Positions 1 through 9,387 of a stretch of DNA of 64,000 nt are shown one piece after another; position 1 is the stretch's first letter, and each line of letters starts with the position of its first letter. The notes beneath the pieces were generated by a model, which had not been told where the DNA came from, did no database searches, and saw only the letters and a list, made by a program, of their open reading frames with translations. The translations under genes and the position numbers were made by a program. This DNA comes from a virus, in IMG/VR virus record IMGVR_UViG_3300036820_000001, one strand, 5' to 3'.

Positions 1-252
1 CTGAACATGCTGCCTGCATCGCCTACGCGGATCACTGGAGGGGTGCAGCCGACTGTGGGCGCTGTCAACCGCGCAACGCGCGAGCCCGCTCACACCAGGA
101 GCGCTGCGGCGCAGGCGACTGCAAGCGGCCAGGGCACCAATGTGACGTTCGGGGACATCAACATCACGAACCCGCGGCCTGAGGCGGCCAGCACGTCGCT
201 GACGCACGCGACGCAGAGGGCCACGTTCCTGGCGGGGAGGCAGCTCGGATGA
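1..252 (+). CDS. tail tape measure protein, C-terminal fragment (5' end outside window)
   Basis: Frame is open from nt 1. ATGA overlap with the next ORF at 249-252. Lies directly upstream of the Dit-like and giant tail genes. Product inferred from synteny only. Confidence 0.4.
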   Translation: MNMLPASPTRITGGVQPTVGAVNRATREPAHTRSAAAQATASGQGTNVTFGDINITNPRPEAASTSLTHATQRATFLAGRQLG

Positions 253-1130
253 CCAACACAACCGACGAGTACTGGAGCTGGAATGGCGTTAGCCTGAATC
301 AGCCCTGGTGGAATATCGCGAGCTTCGGCGGCAGCCGCCAGGACCTGCCGCTGCTGCGCGGTCAGAACTACCCTGTGGCTTACCGGGCTGGCCAGATATG
401 GAGGGCCAAGCAGCCTGACCAGCGGGTGATCACGCTGAGCATGTGGGCGGCTGGCATCGACCAGACGAGCGGCGGGCCGGCGGCTGACCAGCGGCTCGCG
501 TTCAATAACAACTTCCAGCAGCTGCGGTCGATGTTCTGGGTGCAGGGAGTGCAGGGGAGCGCGCTCGGCTTCCTCACTCGCCGCTGGTGGGTGACGCAGA
601 GCGGCAGCACCAGCCTGGTGGTGGCCAACGCGCTGGCCGAGGTCGCTGGCACGCTGGAGCCGACTATGAGCGGCCGGACCATGGCCAACCTGAGCGTGGA
701 CTTGCTGCTGCCTGACCCGTACTTCTACGGCAACCAGCAGATCAACGGCGTGGCTGCCAACGGAAGCGGCACCATCACCAACCCTGGCGATGCTGCCAAC
801 GGATTCGGGCAGGCTGCTGGCCAGGGCGGCGTCCCGTTCTTCATGAACCTGTTCGGGCCGCTGACGGCTCCCATCGTCATCACCAACCAGACGGCTGGGG
901 TGAGCTGCACGGTGGGCTACACGATCGCCGCGGGCAAGTCGCTGGTGCTGGACATCCTGAGCTACACGGCTTACGACCAGAACGGCACCAGTCAGCTGGG
1001 GAACGTCACGCACGCTGGAGCCCGGCCGTGGATGATCCTGCTGCCGGGCATCAACGTGATCTCGGTGGCCACGGGCAACGGGGGCGACTCGGGTTCAGTC
1101 GATGTTTACTTCCAGCCGCCGTACTTGTAG
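249..1130 (+). CDS. distal tail protein (Dit-like) / siphovirus tail component
   Basis: 293-aa ORF with high GC3, translationally coupled to the upstream ORF. Fits TMP-Dit-Tal synteny. Resembles phage tail family proteins by eye (unverified). Confidence 0.55.
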   Translation: MTNTTDEYWSWNGVSLNQPWWNIASFGGSRQDLPLLRGQNYPVAYRAGQIWRAKQPDQRVITLSMWAAGIDQTSGGPAADQRLAFNNNFQQLRSMFWVQGVQGSALGFLTRRWWVTQSGSTSLVVANALAEVAGTLEPTMSGRTMANLSVDLLLPDPYFYGNQQINGVAANGSGTITNPGDAANGFGQAAGQGGVPFFMNLFGPLTAPIVITNQTAGVSCTVGYTIAAGKSLVLDILSYTAYDQNGTSQLGNVTHAGARPWMILLPGINVISVATGNGGDSGSVDVYFQPPYL

Positions 1131-1138
1131 CGCAAACG

Positions 1139-1145
1139 CCGATAG
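1139..1145 (+). promoter_or_regulatory. CCGATAG motif (family B), 33 nt upstream of ATG 1179
   Basis: Intergenic. CCGATAGACT gives a TAGACT -10-like hexamer. Spacing to the ATG is the same 33 nt as the copies at 17164 and 56258. Confidence 0.35.
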
Positions 1146-1178
1146 ACTGGCGTATATCGACTAGGGAAGGGCACGCGC

Positions 1179-2192
1179 ATGAGGTACTCACCAAGGCACG
1201 TCTACCAGAGGGCCAAGGGCCTTCCGCGGCGTGTGAAGGCGACGGCGATTCTCGTAGTCGCGGCTGGCCTCGTGGTCGGCGCGACCGGTCTGGCGAGCGC
1301 GGCGAACGCGCCCAGCGGTACGACTTCCAACACCAGCGGCGAGGCTGGCTACTACGTCAATGAGGCCAACAACTGGCACATCAGGGACGCGCACGCCAAG
1401 TTCACCATCACGCAGGCAATGGAGAACATGGGCGGCGGCGCGGCTGGCGAGGTAAGCGCGGTCGGCACTGAGCTGTGCAACCCTGAGACCAGCGTGGCTG
1501 CGCAGATCGGCCTCGTCTACCTGCCTGGAGTCGGCGCGGACAGCACTCCCACGTTCGAGGTGCTGGGCAACTTCGGGACGCTCACCAGCACGGTCGGCGC
1601 GGCTGACCCATGCGTGCAGGATGGCGTTCTCGCCACCGGCCCGACCAACGGGGCCATCCAGCTAGCCGGGGCTGACGGGCTGGCGAACGGCACCACGCCT
1701 CAGGAGCTGGGCACCACTGGCGTGTACGCGACGGCTCCGTCGAGTACGGACGCGGCCAGGGACTCGATGCCGCTGGCAGTCGGTGACAGCGTGGTGGTGG
1801 ACGTCTACTATGACGCGCTGAGCAAGTCGCACCACCGGGCGCTGCAGTACACCCTGAACGTCTACAACGCGGCTGGCGCGAGCCTCGGGCAGAGGACGTT
1901 CATCCAGTACGTGACCACTGGCGTGGGCAACGGCCAGGAGCAGTTCTATGAGGCCGGGATCGGCGTCAATAGCACTGCGGCACCGACGCTCACAGCGCCC
2001 GCGGACAACCCGCTGGCGGACTTCAGCGACGCCACGTTCACCAACTACGACGACGCCAACCACAGCGCGTTGGAGAGCGGCTGGGACCTGGTGGAGGCGC
2101 AGACGGTCAACGGCGGCGGCCAGGTGACGCTGGCACCGACCGTACCGGTAGGTAACAGCTTCAACATGGTGATAGGCAGCGAGTCGTCGTAA
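1179..2192 (+). CDS. secreted protein, possible concanavalin-like / G1-peptidase-like fold
   Basis: N-terminal basic stretch plus hydrophobic helix plus ASAANA (signal-peptide-like). RBS GGGAAGGG upstream. The fold suggestion rests only on weak motif resemblance (AGYY, VGDSVVVDVYY, LADFSDATFTN). Confidence 0.6.
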   Translation: MRYSPRHVYQRAKGLPRRVKATAILVVAAGLVVGATGLASAANAPSGTTSNTSGEAGYYVNEANNWHIRDAHAKFTITQAMENMGGGAAGEVSAVGTELCNPETSVAAQIGLVYLPGVGADSTPTFEVLGNFGTLTSTVGAADPCVQDGVLATGPTNGAIQLAGADGLANGTTPQELGTTGVYATAPSSTDAARDSMPLAVGDSVVVDVYYDALSKSHHRALQYTLNVYNAAGASLGQRTFIQYVTTGVGNGQEQFYEAGIGVNSTAAPTLTAPADNPLADFSDATFTNYDDANHSALESGWDLVEAQTVNGGGQVTLAPTVPVGNSFNMVIGSESS

Positions 2193-2245
2193 TCCGCCCG
2201 TAGAGACCTGAGGAGTCCAAGCGGTGGAAGGGCAGGAGCTATCCG

Positions 2246-2280
2246 AGTGGGCTGGCCGCCATGGGGCGTGCCAGCCCACT
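2246..2280 (+). terminator. strong GC hairpin after the secreted-protein gene (factor-independent terminator candidate)
   Basis: AGTGGGCTGGC-CGCC-atgg-GGCG-t-GCCAGCCCACT, about 15 bp of stem, 54 nt after the stop. There is no clear U-tract, which is common in actinobacteria. Confidence 0.5.
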
Positions 2281-2303
2281 GGGCATTGCGTCAAACTCAT
2301 CTA

Positions 2304-2310
2304 CGATAGG
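2304..2310 (+). promoter_or_regulatory. CGATAGG motif (family B) just after the terminator hairpin
   Basis: CTACGATAGGC is an 11-mer identical to the copy at 30411-30421. It lies 19 nt upstream of ATG 2329. Confidence 0.3.
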
Positions 2311-2328
2311 CCGTGGAAGCAGGCCTGG

Positions 2329-2448
2329 ATGAGGCGCTACCACCTTGTGTGCACCCGCTGTCGCCTGCACATCGAGGAGCCGCTGTGGCTCGACCAGTCG
2401 AACCCGCAGCTGAGCAGTCTGGTGACGATCGAGCGCGGGGGAATCTGA
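2329..2448 (+). CDS. small hypothetical protein (39 aa, CxxC)
   Basis: ATG-initiated 3' part of track ORF 2224..2448. GC3 is very high from here on. The upstream part of that ORF overlaps the hairpin. Confidence 0.35.
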   Translation: MRRYHLVCTRCRLHIEEPLWLDQSNPQLSSLVTIERGGI

Positions 2449-2454
2449 CCCACG

Positions 2455-2958
2455 ATGGATCATCCGCGCTGCACGCTCAATGGATGCCAGTGGGAGGCGC
2501 TGGGCCTCAATAAATGCGCGCCTGAGTACTGCGTAGAGGTGCACACGGCGTCGGACAAGAAGATCATCGAGGCGGCTCAGAAGGACGCCCAGCAGGTGGC
2601 GGGATCGTCTGCGCAGAGGATGAGCAGCGCTGCGTTCGCGGCTGCTATGGGGCAGCACCATCTGTGCGGGATGGCGATGAACGCGCCTGAACGCCTGGTC
2701 GAATCTGCTGACGTGAGCAGAGCTGATGACTTGGGCAATGTCATCTCTGATATGACAGGGCACTTCGCGCCGTCAGACTGCTCCAGAGGTATCGCCCAAT
2801 GGGTCGAGCCGCCTGCAATTACGGTATACGAGTGCCCGAGCTGCGGTAATAGCTTCTCAGTGCCTGACAGCTACGCCACCATAGTCCTATGCCCGTGTGA
2901 CGCATCCCTGCCGACTGGCATCGTCTGTCATAGGCGGGTGACACCCGATGAGCGGTGA
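2455..2958 (+). CDS. Cys-rich hypothetical protein
   Basis: 167-aa ORF in a locally low-GC stretch (about 50% at 2701-2760). C-terminal CPSCG..CPC motifs. Stop region overlaps the tail gene start by 11 nt (2948-2958). Confidence 0.5.
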   Translation: MDHPRCTLNGCQWEALGLNKCAPEYCVEVHTASDKKIIEAAQKDAQQVAGSSAQRMSSAAFAAAMGQHHLCGMAMNAPERLVESADVSRADDLGNVISDMTGHFAPSDCSRGIAQWVEPPAITVYECPSCGNSFSVPDSYATIVLCPCDASLPTGIVCHRRVTPDER

Positions 2959-5900
2959 GGGCTGGGAGGTATACGTATACGAGGGTCCGAGCGCCAGCAA
3001 CGGCTACGGTGCCCTCCTGGCTGTAGTGCCGTACTGGCAGTCTCTGAGCGTGGCACCGCTAGGCGGGGCGCAGGGATCTCAGGGGGCCGGGCAGATCACG
3101 CTCAGCCTGCAGAACCCAGCATTGAACCAGCCGCCCTACACGCCTGACACCACGCCGGTGCTGGCGAAAGAGACGCTGTGGCAGGCAAGGCGCGACGGCG
3201 AGGTCATCTTCGAGTTCCTGAACCAGACGGCCACCAGGACCACGGTCAGCTCAGACGAGACGCGCACCGTCACGGTCACCGGGCCGGATACTTCACAGGT
3301 ACTGAACTGGGCCATGGCGATGCCGACCGGGTGGACGCCGAGCCAGACCACGTTCGTGAGCAAGACCAGCACCATCACGCAGTTCGAGACTTACGCCGCG
3401 GACGGCGTGACGCTCCTGCCTGACTTGGAGCTGTGGAACCGGACCAACAGCGCTGCGGGGCCGACCAGCCCGACCGGCTTCCCCAACTACGGCTACAACA
3501 GCGACACCAACACGCAGATAGGCACCGGGTCGGTTGCCTGCATCCCGAGCGACGGGTACGTCAACGTCGAGCTGAACCCCGGCGGCTCCTACCTCGGCGG
3601 CGGGACGTTCGACTTCAGTAACAGCTCGTTTAGCTGCAGTGTGGCTCCTGCGACGCTGAACGCGGATCAGGCTGACCAGGGGTACACCGACGTCACCAAC
3701 CTGACCGACTTCACCGAGATCATCGTCAAGGCGGGCACGGGCAGCGGCTACGCCTCCATCGCGCTGGGGTACGCGCAGTTCTACTGCCAGTACCAGGACG
3801 TCAACGGCGTCGTGACCACGCACGTCATCAGCCCCGGCCGGGTGGGCGAGGACAGCGGGTACAACCCCGCTACCGGCACGAGCACGGCTTACTCCTCCTC
3901 CACTGCGCAGTACTGGCGGCTCAGCTGCGACGTGCAGAGCGGCGGCACGCTGCTGTTCCGGTGGTGGACTTCTCCTGACGACGCGACGTGGACGCTGCAA
4001 TGGAGCCTTACTGAGGCTGCAGGGCTGTGGGACGTGACCAACGTCGATGTCTACCTCGGCGGGAGCTACAGTACTGCAAGCGCGGCTTACGCGCAGTTCA
4101 CATCGCCCAACGGCGAGGTCGAGGTCAGCCCGAACATGGGGCCGGTATACCTCTCCAAGCCGATCTTTGCGGTATACCAGGACCTGCTGTTCAGGGCGCA
4201 GGACCGGGGGACGCTGCCGTTCGTCAGCCTTAGCTTCGACCAGCTTATCGACAGCGGCGGGCAGCCGTGGACGGACGAGTGGAGCATTCAGGTCGCGGTC
4301 GGGTCTGACTTGCTGAGCCTTATCCAGAACTACGGCGGGGCGATCGACGCCGACTGGATGATGCTGCCCGGCTATGTGCTGGAGGTCGGCAACCAGGGAA
4401 CGCTGGGCACGGACTACAGCGGCACCATCGTGTTCCACGAGGGCGAGAGCACGCAGTACGGGCGGACGCAGGACCGCAGCCAGCTATACAACGTCGCTGC
4501 GGCGCAGGACGTTGACGGGCAGATCCACGGCTACACCAACCCCTCCTCGATCACGCAGTGGGGGCAGCGGGAGATCTTCGTGGCGTCCGCGGGCACCATG
4601 GATGAGGCATCGACTGCGCAGACCGCGCAGGCTGCGGTGCAGCAGTACGGGCAGGAGACCGACGCGCGGGTCTTCCAGATTCCCCCGGCCGCGCCTGGCA
4701 AGACGCCGTTCACGGACTTCGGCATCTGGGACTGGGTGGGCATCGAGCGCGGCGACTTCGGCGCCATCGAGGCGCAGCGCGTGGTCGGCATCACCTACAC
4801 GATCGACCAGGACGGGAACGAGTCCTGCGAGCTGATCATCCAGACCTACCGGCAGGTGATGATCCAGTACCTGCAGTACCTGGTGAACAAGCTCGGCGGG
4901 CAGGCGGCTTCCACGCTGGGAGCGTTCTCGCTGGGCACGACCGGGCCTATCGTCGGCACCAGCCCGGTATCGCTGCCGAGCGCGCCTGCATCCTCGATCG
5001 GCAAGGCGACCGGGGCTTCTAGTGCGGTAGGGCTTACGGTGGCTTCTCCGCTGGCTGCAGCGGTGGCTGCATCCATTCAGGGGACTGCACCTGCAACTGC
5101 ACCTGCACCGGGGCAGCCGGCGACGACTGAGGTCATCCCCGGCAGCATGCTGGTCAGCAACAGCGTGCCGCAGACTGCACTTAGCTTCACCCTCGCGACG
5201 GGCGCGCTGGTCACCTTCTCGGGTACTGCACCGGCCGACCCGAACGTGGGCGACCTGTGGTACGACTCCTCGGCTGGCAACCAGCTCTACCAGTGGACTG
5301 GCACGAGCTGGCAGCTGTACCAGTTCGGCGCGAGCGCCATAGCTTCTGGGAGCCTTACCACCACGCAGCTGAGCGCGACCGCGGGCATCACCGCCGGGCA
5401 GGTCGCGTTCCACGCCACGGACATCGGCGGCATCCAGACCTACGTGCAGAGCACGGCTCCGAGCGGCACCATCGCCGCTGGCAGCCTGTGGTACGACACC
5501 GCGTCCGCCAACGAGGTCTACATCTACGAGTCGGGCAGCTGGACCAGCTACGCGCCCGGCGCTGGCGGGGTGAACTTCACCGCTGCGCAGATCGGCGGCG
5601 TCGAGGTCTACGTGCAGGGCACGGCTCCCAGCGGCACGATCAACACGGGCAGCCTGTGGTATAACACCTCGGCTGGCAACCAGCTCTATATCTACCAGAG
5701 CGGCAGCTGGACGCTGTACCAGTTCAGCAGCGCGGCTATTGCCGCGGGCGGGGTGGCTGCTAGCAATGCTGGGTTCGTGGCGCAGTCCATCGGCGGCACT
5801 GGAGTGTTCGTTGCCTCCTCCGCGCCTTACGACTGGAGCCTGACGCCGAGCGCGGGCACGACGAGCACGTTCACCACGGCTGGGTCTGTCCTGACGAGCG

Positions 5901-8653
5901 CCACCCCGCTGGCGCTGGGCGACACGTTCACCGACGTCACCAACGCTCGCGGCGGCCCGTTCACGGTCACGAGCATCACGCCGAGCGGCAGCAACGTCAT
6001 CGTCGGCTTCACTCCGACTGCATCGTCCTCGATCAGCACCGGCGACACGCTGCACGGCAACACCAACGGCAACATGTGGTTCAACAGCGCGAGCGGCTAC
6101 CAGCTGAGCACCTGGAGCGCTGGCGTCTGGACGGCTTACCAGTACGGTACCTCCGCCATAGCTGCAGGGGCGATCACCGCCACGCAGATCGCATCGAACA
6201 CGATCACGGCCGGGCAGATCCTGGCTGGCACGATCACTGGCTCCCTCATAGCTTCGGGCACCATCCAGGCGGGCAACATCCAGAGCGGCACCATCACTGC
6301 GACGCAGATCGCCGCCAACACGATCCTGGCCGCCAACCTGGTGAGCGGCATCGTCGTGGCCGGGATCGTGGACGCGACGACGATCACTGGCGCGAGCGTG
6401 GTCGCGGACGGCGCTGCCGGGCAGCTGCTGATCTACTCGGGCACGCCGCAGACCGGCAACCTGGTGGGCAGCTGGAGCGGGCAGGCTGGCACGGACGGCT
6501 TCAGCAACCCGTATCCGGCTGGCCTGCAGGTGCTGAGCGGCGCGATCACCGGCGTTGACCTCGACTCGACCAACATCACCAACTCGTCCATGGACAGCAC
6601 GAGCACGCTGACGGGCACGGCGATCACGCAGGCTCCGATCAGCGGCGGCTCCATGATCGAGACCGAGATAACGTTCGACTCCACGGACGGGTGGCTGCTG
6701 GCTTACACGAGCACCACCACCACGATCACCGAGAGCAGCAACGGCAACTACACGTTCACGCCGCCTGCTGGGGTGACCACCTGCAGCGTCACCTGCACTG
6801 GCGCTGGGGCTGGCGGAGGCGGCGGCACCACCAGCAACGGCGGCGAGTCTGGCGGGGGCGGCGAGTGCGCCAGCAACCCGAACCTGCCGGTCGTGCCGCT
6901 GGCGACGTACGGGTACGTGGTCGGCAACGGCGGCGGAGGCGGCTCGACCGGGAACGCGGGCGGCAACGGCGGCGACTCCTACTTCAACGGCGGCCCGTAC
7001 GCGCACGGCGGCCAGGCTGGCTACGGCGGCACGGGAGGCGCTGGCGGAACGGGATCGAGCGACCCTATCCACAAGAACGGCGGGGCTGGGCAGAACTCGG
7101 GGTCTGGCACGGGCGGCGCTGGAGGCGGCGGCTCGGCTGGCACGGTGAACGGCGGCGGGCAGGCGACTGTGCCCAGCGGCTCGACCGGATCGGCTGGCGG
7201 CGTGGCTGGCACTGGAGGCGGCGCGGCTGGAGGCCATGGCGGCAACGGGGCTGCGAACGGCAGCAACGGCAACTCGCCTGGTGCGGCTGGGGGTGGCGCT
7301 GGGGCGGCGTCTGGTGTGGTCGCGTTCTCGCAGACGTTCGACGCGACCAGCAGCAAGAGCTACTACGGGTCCGACGCTTCCAACGGTGACGCCAACGGCA
7401 CGAGGGCGAGCAACAGCACCATCTGGCAGGGCGGCGAGCTGGCGACGGGGGGCAGCGCCAACGGCACGCAGAAGGCTGCCTGGCTGTTCAACAGCAGCGC
7501 CATCCAGGCTGCGTGCGTGGGCGTCACCGTCTCGCAGATCAACTGCATCATGTCCAACCAGCACAGCTGGTACGGCAGCGGCATGACCGTGCAGCTGCGC
7601 GGCTGGCCTGCTTCCAAGGGCAGCAGCCTGCCGAGCACGTGGGACGGCACCGGGGCGACTGCGCTGACGCAGTTCAACGTGGACGAGGGCGAGCGCATCA
7701 CGGTGCCGCTCTACAGCAACACGGTCGCGCCGGTCCAGTTCCCGAACGGCACGCTGATCGGGTTCACGATCGGGCCTGGCCCGAGCAGCTGGGACCTGAG
7801 CTACTACGGCTACTTCAACGGCACGGGATCGGGCAGCGAGGCTCTGCAGCTGGAGGTCATCGGCACCACCGGGTCGGCTCCGACCCAGGCGGGCGCTGGC
7901 GCTGACGGCGAGGTCGTGATCACCTACACCAGCGGGTCCACGCTGGTGGCCGCGGTCAGCCCTGAGGCGTTCACCGACCAGTACAGCAACGCCATCGCCG
8001 CGGGCATGATGAGCACCGCCTACACCCTCATCGGCGGGTCGGCTCCGAGCACGCCTGCGAGCGGCAACGCGGCGCTGTGGGCGTCGAGTGCGGGCACGGC
8101 GTCGGTCACCAGCGACAGCGGGCAGACGGGCACGCTGGACTTCTCGCAGACCGACGCGGCCACGCACAGCAACAGCAACGCTGGCACGCAGCTGCTGACC
8201 AAGGCGTGGACGATCGACGCGAATGACGCCAGCGTCGGCACGGTCTACGAGATCTTGGTCCCGTTCAACGCGCAGTACGAGTCCGAGACGATCCAGCTGC
8301 GGCCTCAGCTGAACGGCTCCAATACCTCGGGTGACAGCGGCGGCGACATCACCGGCTCGGCGTCGTGGTCGGCTGGCGCTGGCCTGACGGGCTGGGCGCG
8401 GTTGTTCGTGCAGATCATCACCACTGGCACCGGCGGCACGGCCAACTTCTTCTGGGAGGCGCACCTGGGCCTCAACAGCACGCGCTCGACCGGCACCAAC
8501 ACCAACTTCATGAACCTGAGCGCTCAGAACACGGGCGTCACGTTCAACACCACCGTGTCCAACACGATATCGCTGGTGTCGATCTTCGGCGCGTCGGCCG
8601 CCAGCCAGTTCGTGACCGGCGAGGGAAGCACGTTCACACGGAAGGGTCCGTAA
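2948..8653 (+). CDS. minor tail protein (Tal-like N-terminus, fibre repeats, glycine-rich domain)
   Basis: 1901 aa. Four copies of the G-x-(L/M)-W-(Y/F)-(D/N)..N/Y-x-L/V-(Y/S)..G-x-W motif (nt ~5249-6145). I-x-A-x-x-I beta-helix-like heptads at 6150-6400. GGxGG-rich block at ~6800-7320. Confidence 0.85.
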   Translation: MSGEGWEVYVYEGPSASNGYGALLAVVPYWQSLSVAPLGGAQGSQGAGQITLSLQNPALNQPPYTPDTTPVLAKETLWQARRDGEVIFEFLNQTATRTTVSSDETRTVTVTGPDTSQVLNWAMAMPTGWTPSQTTFVSKTSTITQFETYAADGVTLLPDLELWNRTNSAAGPTSPTGFPNYGYNSDTNTQIGTGSVACIPSDGYVNVELNPGGSYLGGGTFDFSNSSFSCSVAPATLNADQADQGYTDVTNLTDFTEIIVKAGTGSGYASIALGYAQFYCQYQDVNGVVTTHVISPGRVGEDSGYNPATGTSTAYSSSTAQYWRLSCDVQSGGTLLFRWWTSPDDATWTLQWSLTEAAGLWDVTNVDVYLGGSYSTASAAYAQFTSPNGEVEVSPNMGPVYLSKPIFAVYQDLLFRAQDRGTLPFVSLSFDQLIDSGGQPWTDEWSIQVAVGSDLLSLIQNYGGAIDADWMMLPGYVLEVGNQGTLGTDYSGTIVFHEGESTQYGRTQDRSQLYNVAAAQDVDGQIHGYTNPSSITQWGQREIFVASAGTMDEASTAQTAQAAVQQYGQETDARVFQIPPAAPGKTPFTDFGIWDWVGIERGDFGAIEAQRVVGITYTIDQDGNESCELIIQTYRQVMIQYLQYLVNKLGGQAASTLGAFSLGTTGPIVGTSPVSLPSAPASSIGKATGASSAVGLTVASPLAAAVAASIQGTAPATAPAPGQPATTEVIPGSMLVSNSVPQTALSFTLATGALVTFSGTAPADPNVGDLWYDSSAGNQLYQWTGTSWQLYQFGASAIASGSLTTTQLSATAGITAGQVAFHATDIGGIQTYVQSTAPSGTIAAGSLWYDTASANEVYIYESGSWTSYAPGAGGVNFTAAQIGGVEVYVQGTAPSGTINTGSLWYNTSAGNQLYIYQSGSWTLYQFSSAAIAAGGVAASNAGFVAQSIGGTGVFVASSAPYDWSLTPSAGTTSTFTTAGSVLTSATPLALGDTFTDVTNARGGPFTVTSITPSGSNVIVGFTPTASSSISTGDTLHGNTNGNMWFNSASGYQLSTWSAGVWTAYQYGTSAIAAGAITATQIASNTITAGQILAGTITGSLIASGTIQAGNIQSGTITATQIAANTILAANLVSGIVVAGIVDATTITGASVVADGAAGQLLIYSGTPQTGNLVGSWSGQAGTDGFSNPYPAGLQVLSGAITGVDLDSTNITNSSMDSTSTLTGTAITQAPISGGSMIETEITFDSTDGWLLAYTSTTTTITESSNGNYTFTPPAGVTTCSVTCTGAGAGGGGGTTSNGGESGGGGECASNPNLPVVPLATYGYVVGNGGGGGSTGNAGGNGGDSYFNGGPYAHGGQAGYGGTGGAGGTGSSDPIHKNGGAGQNSGSGTGGAGGGGSAGTVNGGGQATVPSGSTGSAGGVAGTGGGAAGGHGGNGAANGSNGNSPGAAGGGAGAASGVVAFSQTFDATSSKSYYGSDASNGDANGTRASNSTIWQGGELATGGSANGTQKAAWLFNSSAIQAACVGVTVSQINCIMSNQHSWYGSGMTVQLRGWPASKGSSLPSTWDGTGATALTQFNVDEGERITVPLYSNTVAPVQFPNGTLIGFTIGPGPSSWDLSYYGYFNGTGSGSEALQLEVIGTTGSAPTQAGAGADGEVVITYTSGSTLVAAVSPEAFTDQYSNAIAAGMMSTAYTLIGGSAPSTPASGNAALWASSAGTASVTSDSGQTGTLDFSQTDAATHSNSNAGTQLLTKAWTIDANDASVGTVYEILVPFNAQYESETIQLRPQLNGSNTSGDSGGDITGSASWSAGAGLTGWARLFVQIITTGTGGTANFFWEAHLGLNSTRSTGTNTNFMNLSAQNTGVTFNTTVSNTISLVSIFGASAASQFVTGEGSTFTRKGP

Positions 8654-8946
8654 TGTCGGTAGGGAACCAGGGGTCGGCTGACTCGGTGAGCCAGTCGCTG
8701 ACCAACTTCGCGCTCGGCATGAGGCAGGTCATGCAGAGCATCGCCAACCTGAACACGTTCGTCAACGGGCAGGGCACCGGGCAGGCCACGCTGGAGGCCC
8801 TGGGCTACAGCAGCGAGGACGCCACCACCGCGCTGGCCGACCTCGCGTACCTGAACACGGTGGCCGGGGTCTACTTCGGCACCGCGACGCAGGCGAGCGA
8901 GTTCAACTTCAACAACCAGCTCGCGCCGCTGTGGGGCGGGCAGTAG
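8653..8946 (+). CDS. hypothetical protein, paralog of 31992..32303 (fibre-associated, chaperone-like position)
   Basis: The ATG overlaps the TAA of the tail gene. 97 aa. Shares LE(A/T)(L/M)G(Y/F)(S/T)..DAT..(L/F)(A/T)..A with the 103-aa ORF at 31992. Confidence 0.6.
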   Translation: MSVGNQGSADSVSQSLTNFALGMRQVMQSIANLNTFVNGQGTGQATLEALGYSSEDATTALADLAYLNTVAGVYFGTATQASEFNFNNQLAPLWGGQ

Positions 8947-8959
8947 GTAGCAAAGCGCC

Positions 8960-9259
8960 ATGGCGGAGAAGTGGGAGCACTGCGACTGGCAGGGCAGCTG
9001 CATGACGATGCCGCGGTGGGTCGTGTCGGTCGGCACGCGCAGGACCGACCGGCAGCTGTCGTGCGCCCGGCACCTGAGCTACACCTGCACGGCGCTGCTG
9101 ATGGCTGAGGGCCGCGAGGGCGCGATGCTGGTCGTCAGGAGGGCGTTATGCGGGAGGCTTACGGGCGGGTGTACTGCACCGACTCTTCGCATGGCGAGGG
9201 GGAGCACAACAGGGGCTGCATCCCGCCTGCCGACCCGCTGGACGCGGCGCTGCGGCTGA
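8960..9259 (+). CDS. hypothetical protein
   Basis: Track ORF. The first ~60 aa look coding. The last 112 nt overlap the next gene. Confidence 0.4.
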   Translation: MAEKWEHCDWQGSCMTMPRWVVSVGTRRTDRQLSCARHLSYTCTALLMAEGREGAMLVVRRALCGRLTGGCTAPTLRMARGSTTGAASRLPTRWTRRCG

Positions 9260-9387
9260 TCCGCGCCATCTACGGCTTGTGCTCGCTGTGCGACGTCACG
9301 CAGGACCACGAGCACGACCAGGCCGAGTACGACCGGATGACGGGAAAGGGGCGGCGCGATGGTGTCAGACGAGACGCTGGAGACTGA
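9148..9387 (+). CDS. hypothetical protein
   Basis: ATG preceded by an AGGAGGG RBS. Confidence 0.5.
   Translation: MREAYGRVYCTDSSHGEGEHNRGCIPPADPLDAALRLIRAIYGLCSLCDVTQDHEHDQAEYDRMTGKGRRDGVRRDAGD

Noticed and set aside
2224-2448. The full-length 74-aa track ORF starting at 2224.
   Set aside because: Its first 19 codons run through the 15-bp terminator-like hairpin. Only the part from ATG 2329 shows a strong coding signal.
6800-7320. The glycine-rich block as a collagen-like or PE_PGRS-like sequence.
   Set aside because: It has no G-x-y triplet periodicity and no PE domain. The pattern matches the loosely defined glycine-rich domain of actinophage minor tail proteins instead.
4484-8464. A 1326-aa minus-strand ORF, plus many other long ORFs antisense to or out of frame with the 1901-aa tail gene (for example 3293..4438 minus and 6691..7389 plus).
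   Set aside because: The composition is Arg/Ala/Pro/Gly-dominated, as expected for non-coding frames of ~70% GC DNA where stop codons are rare. The sense frame has the high GC3 and recognisable domains.
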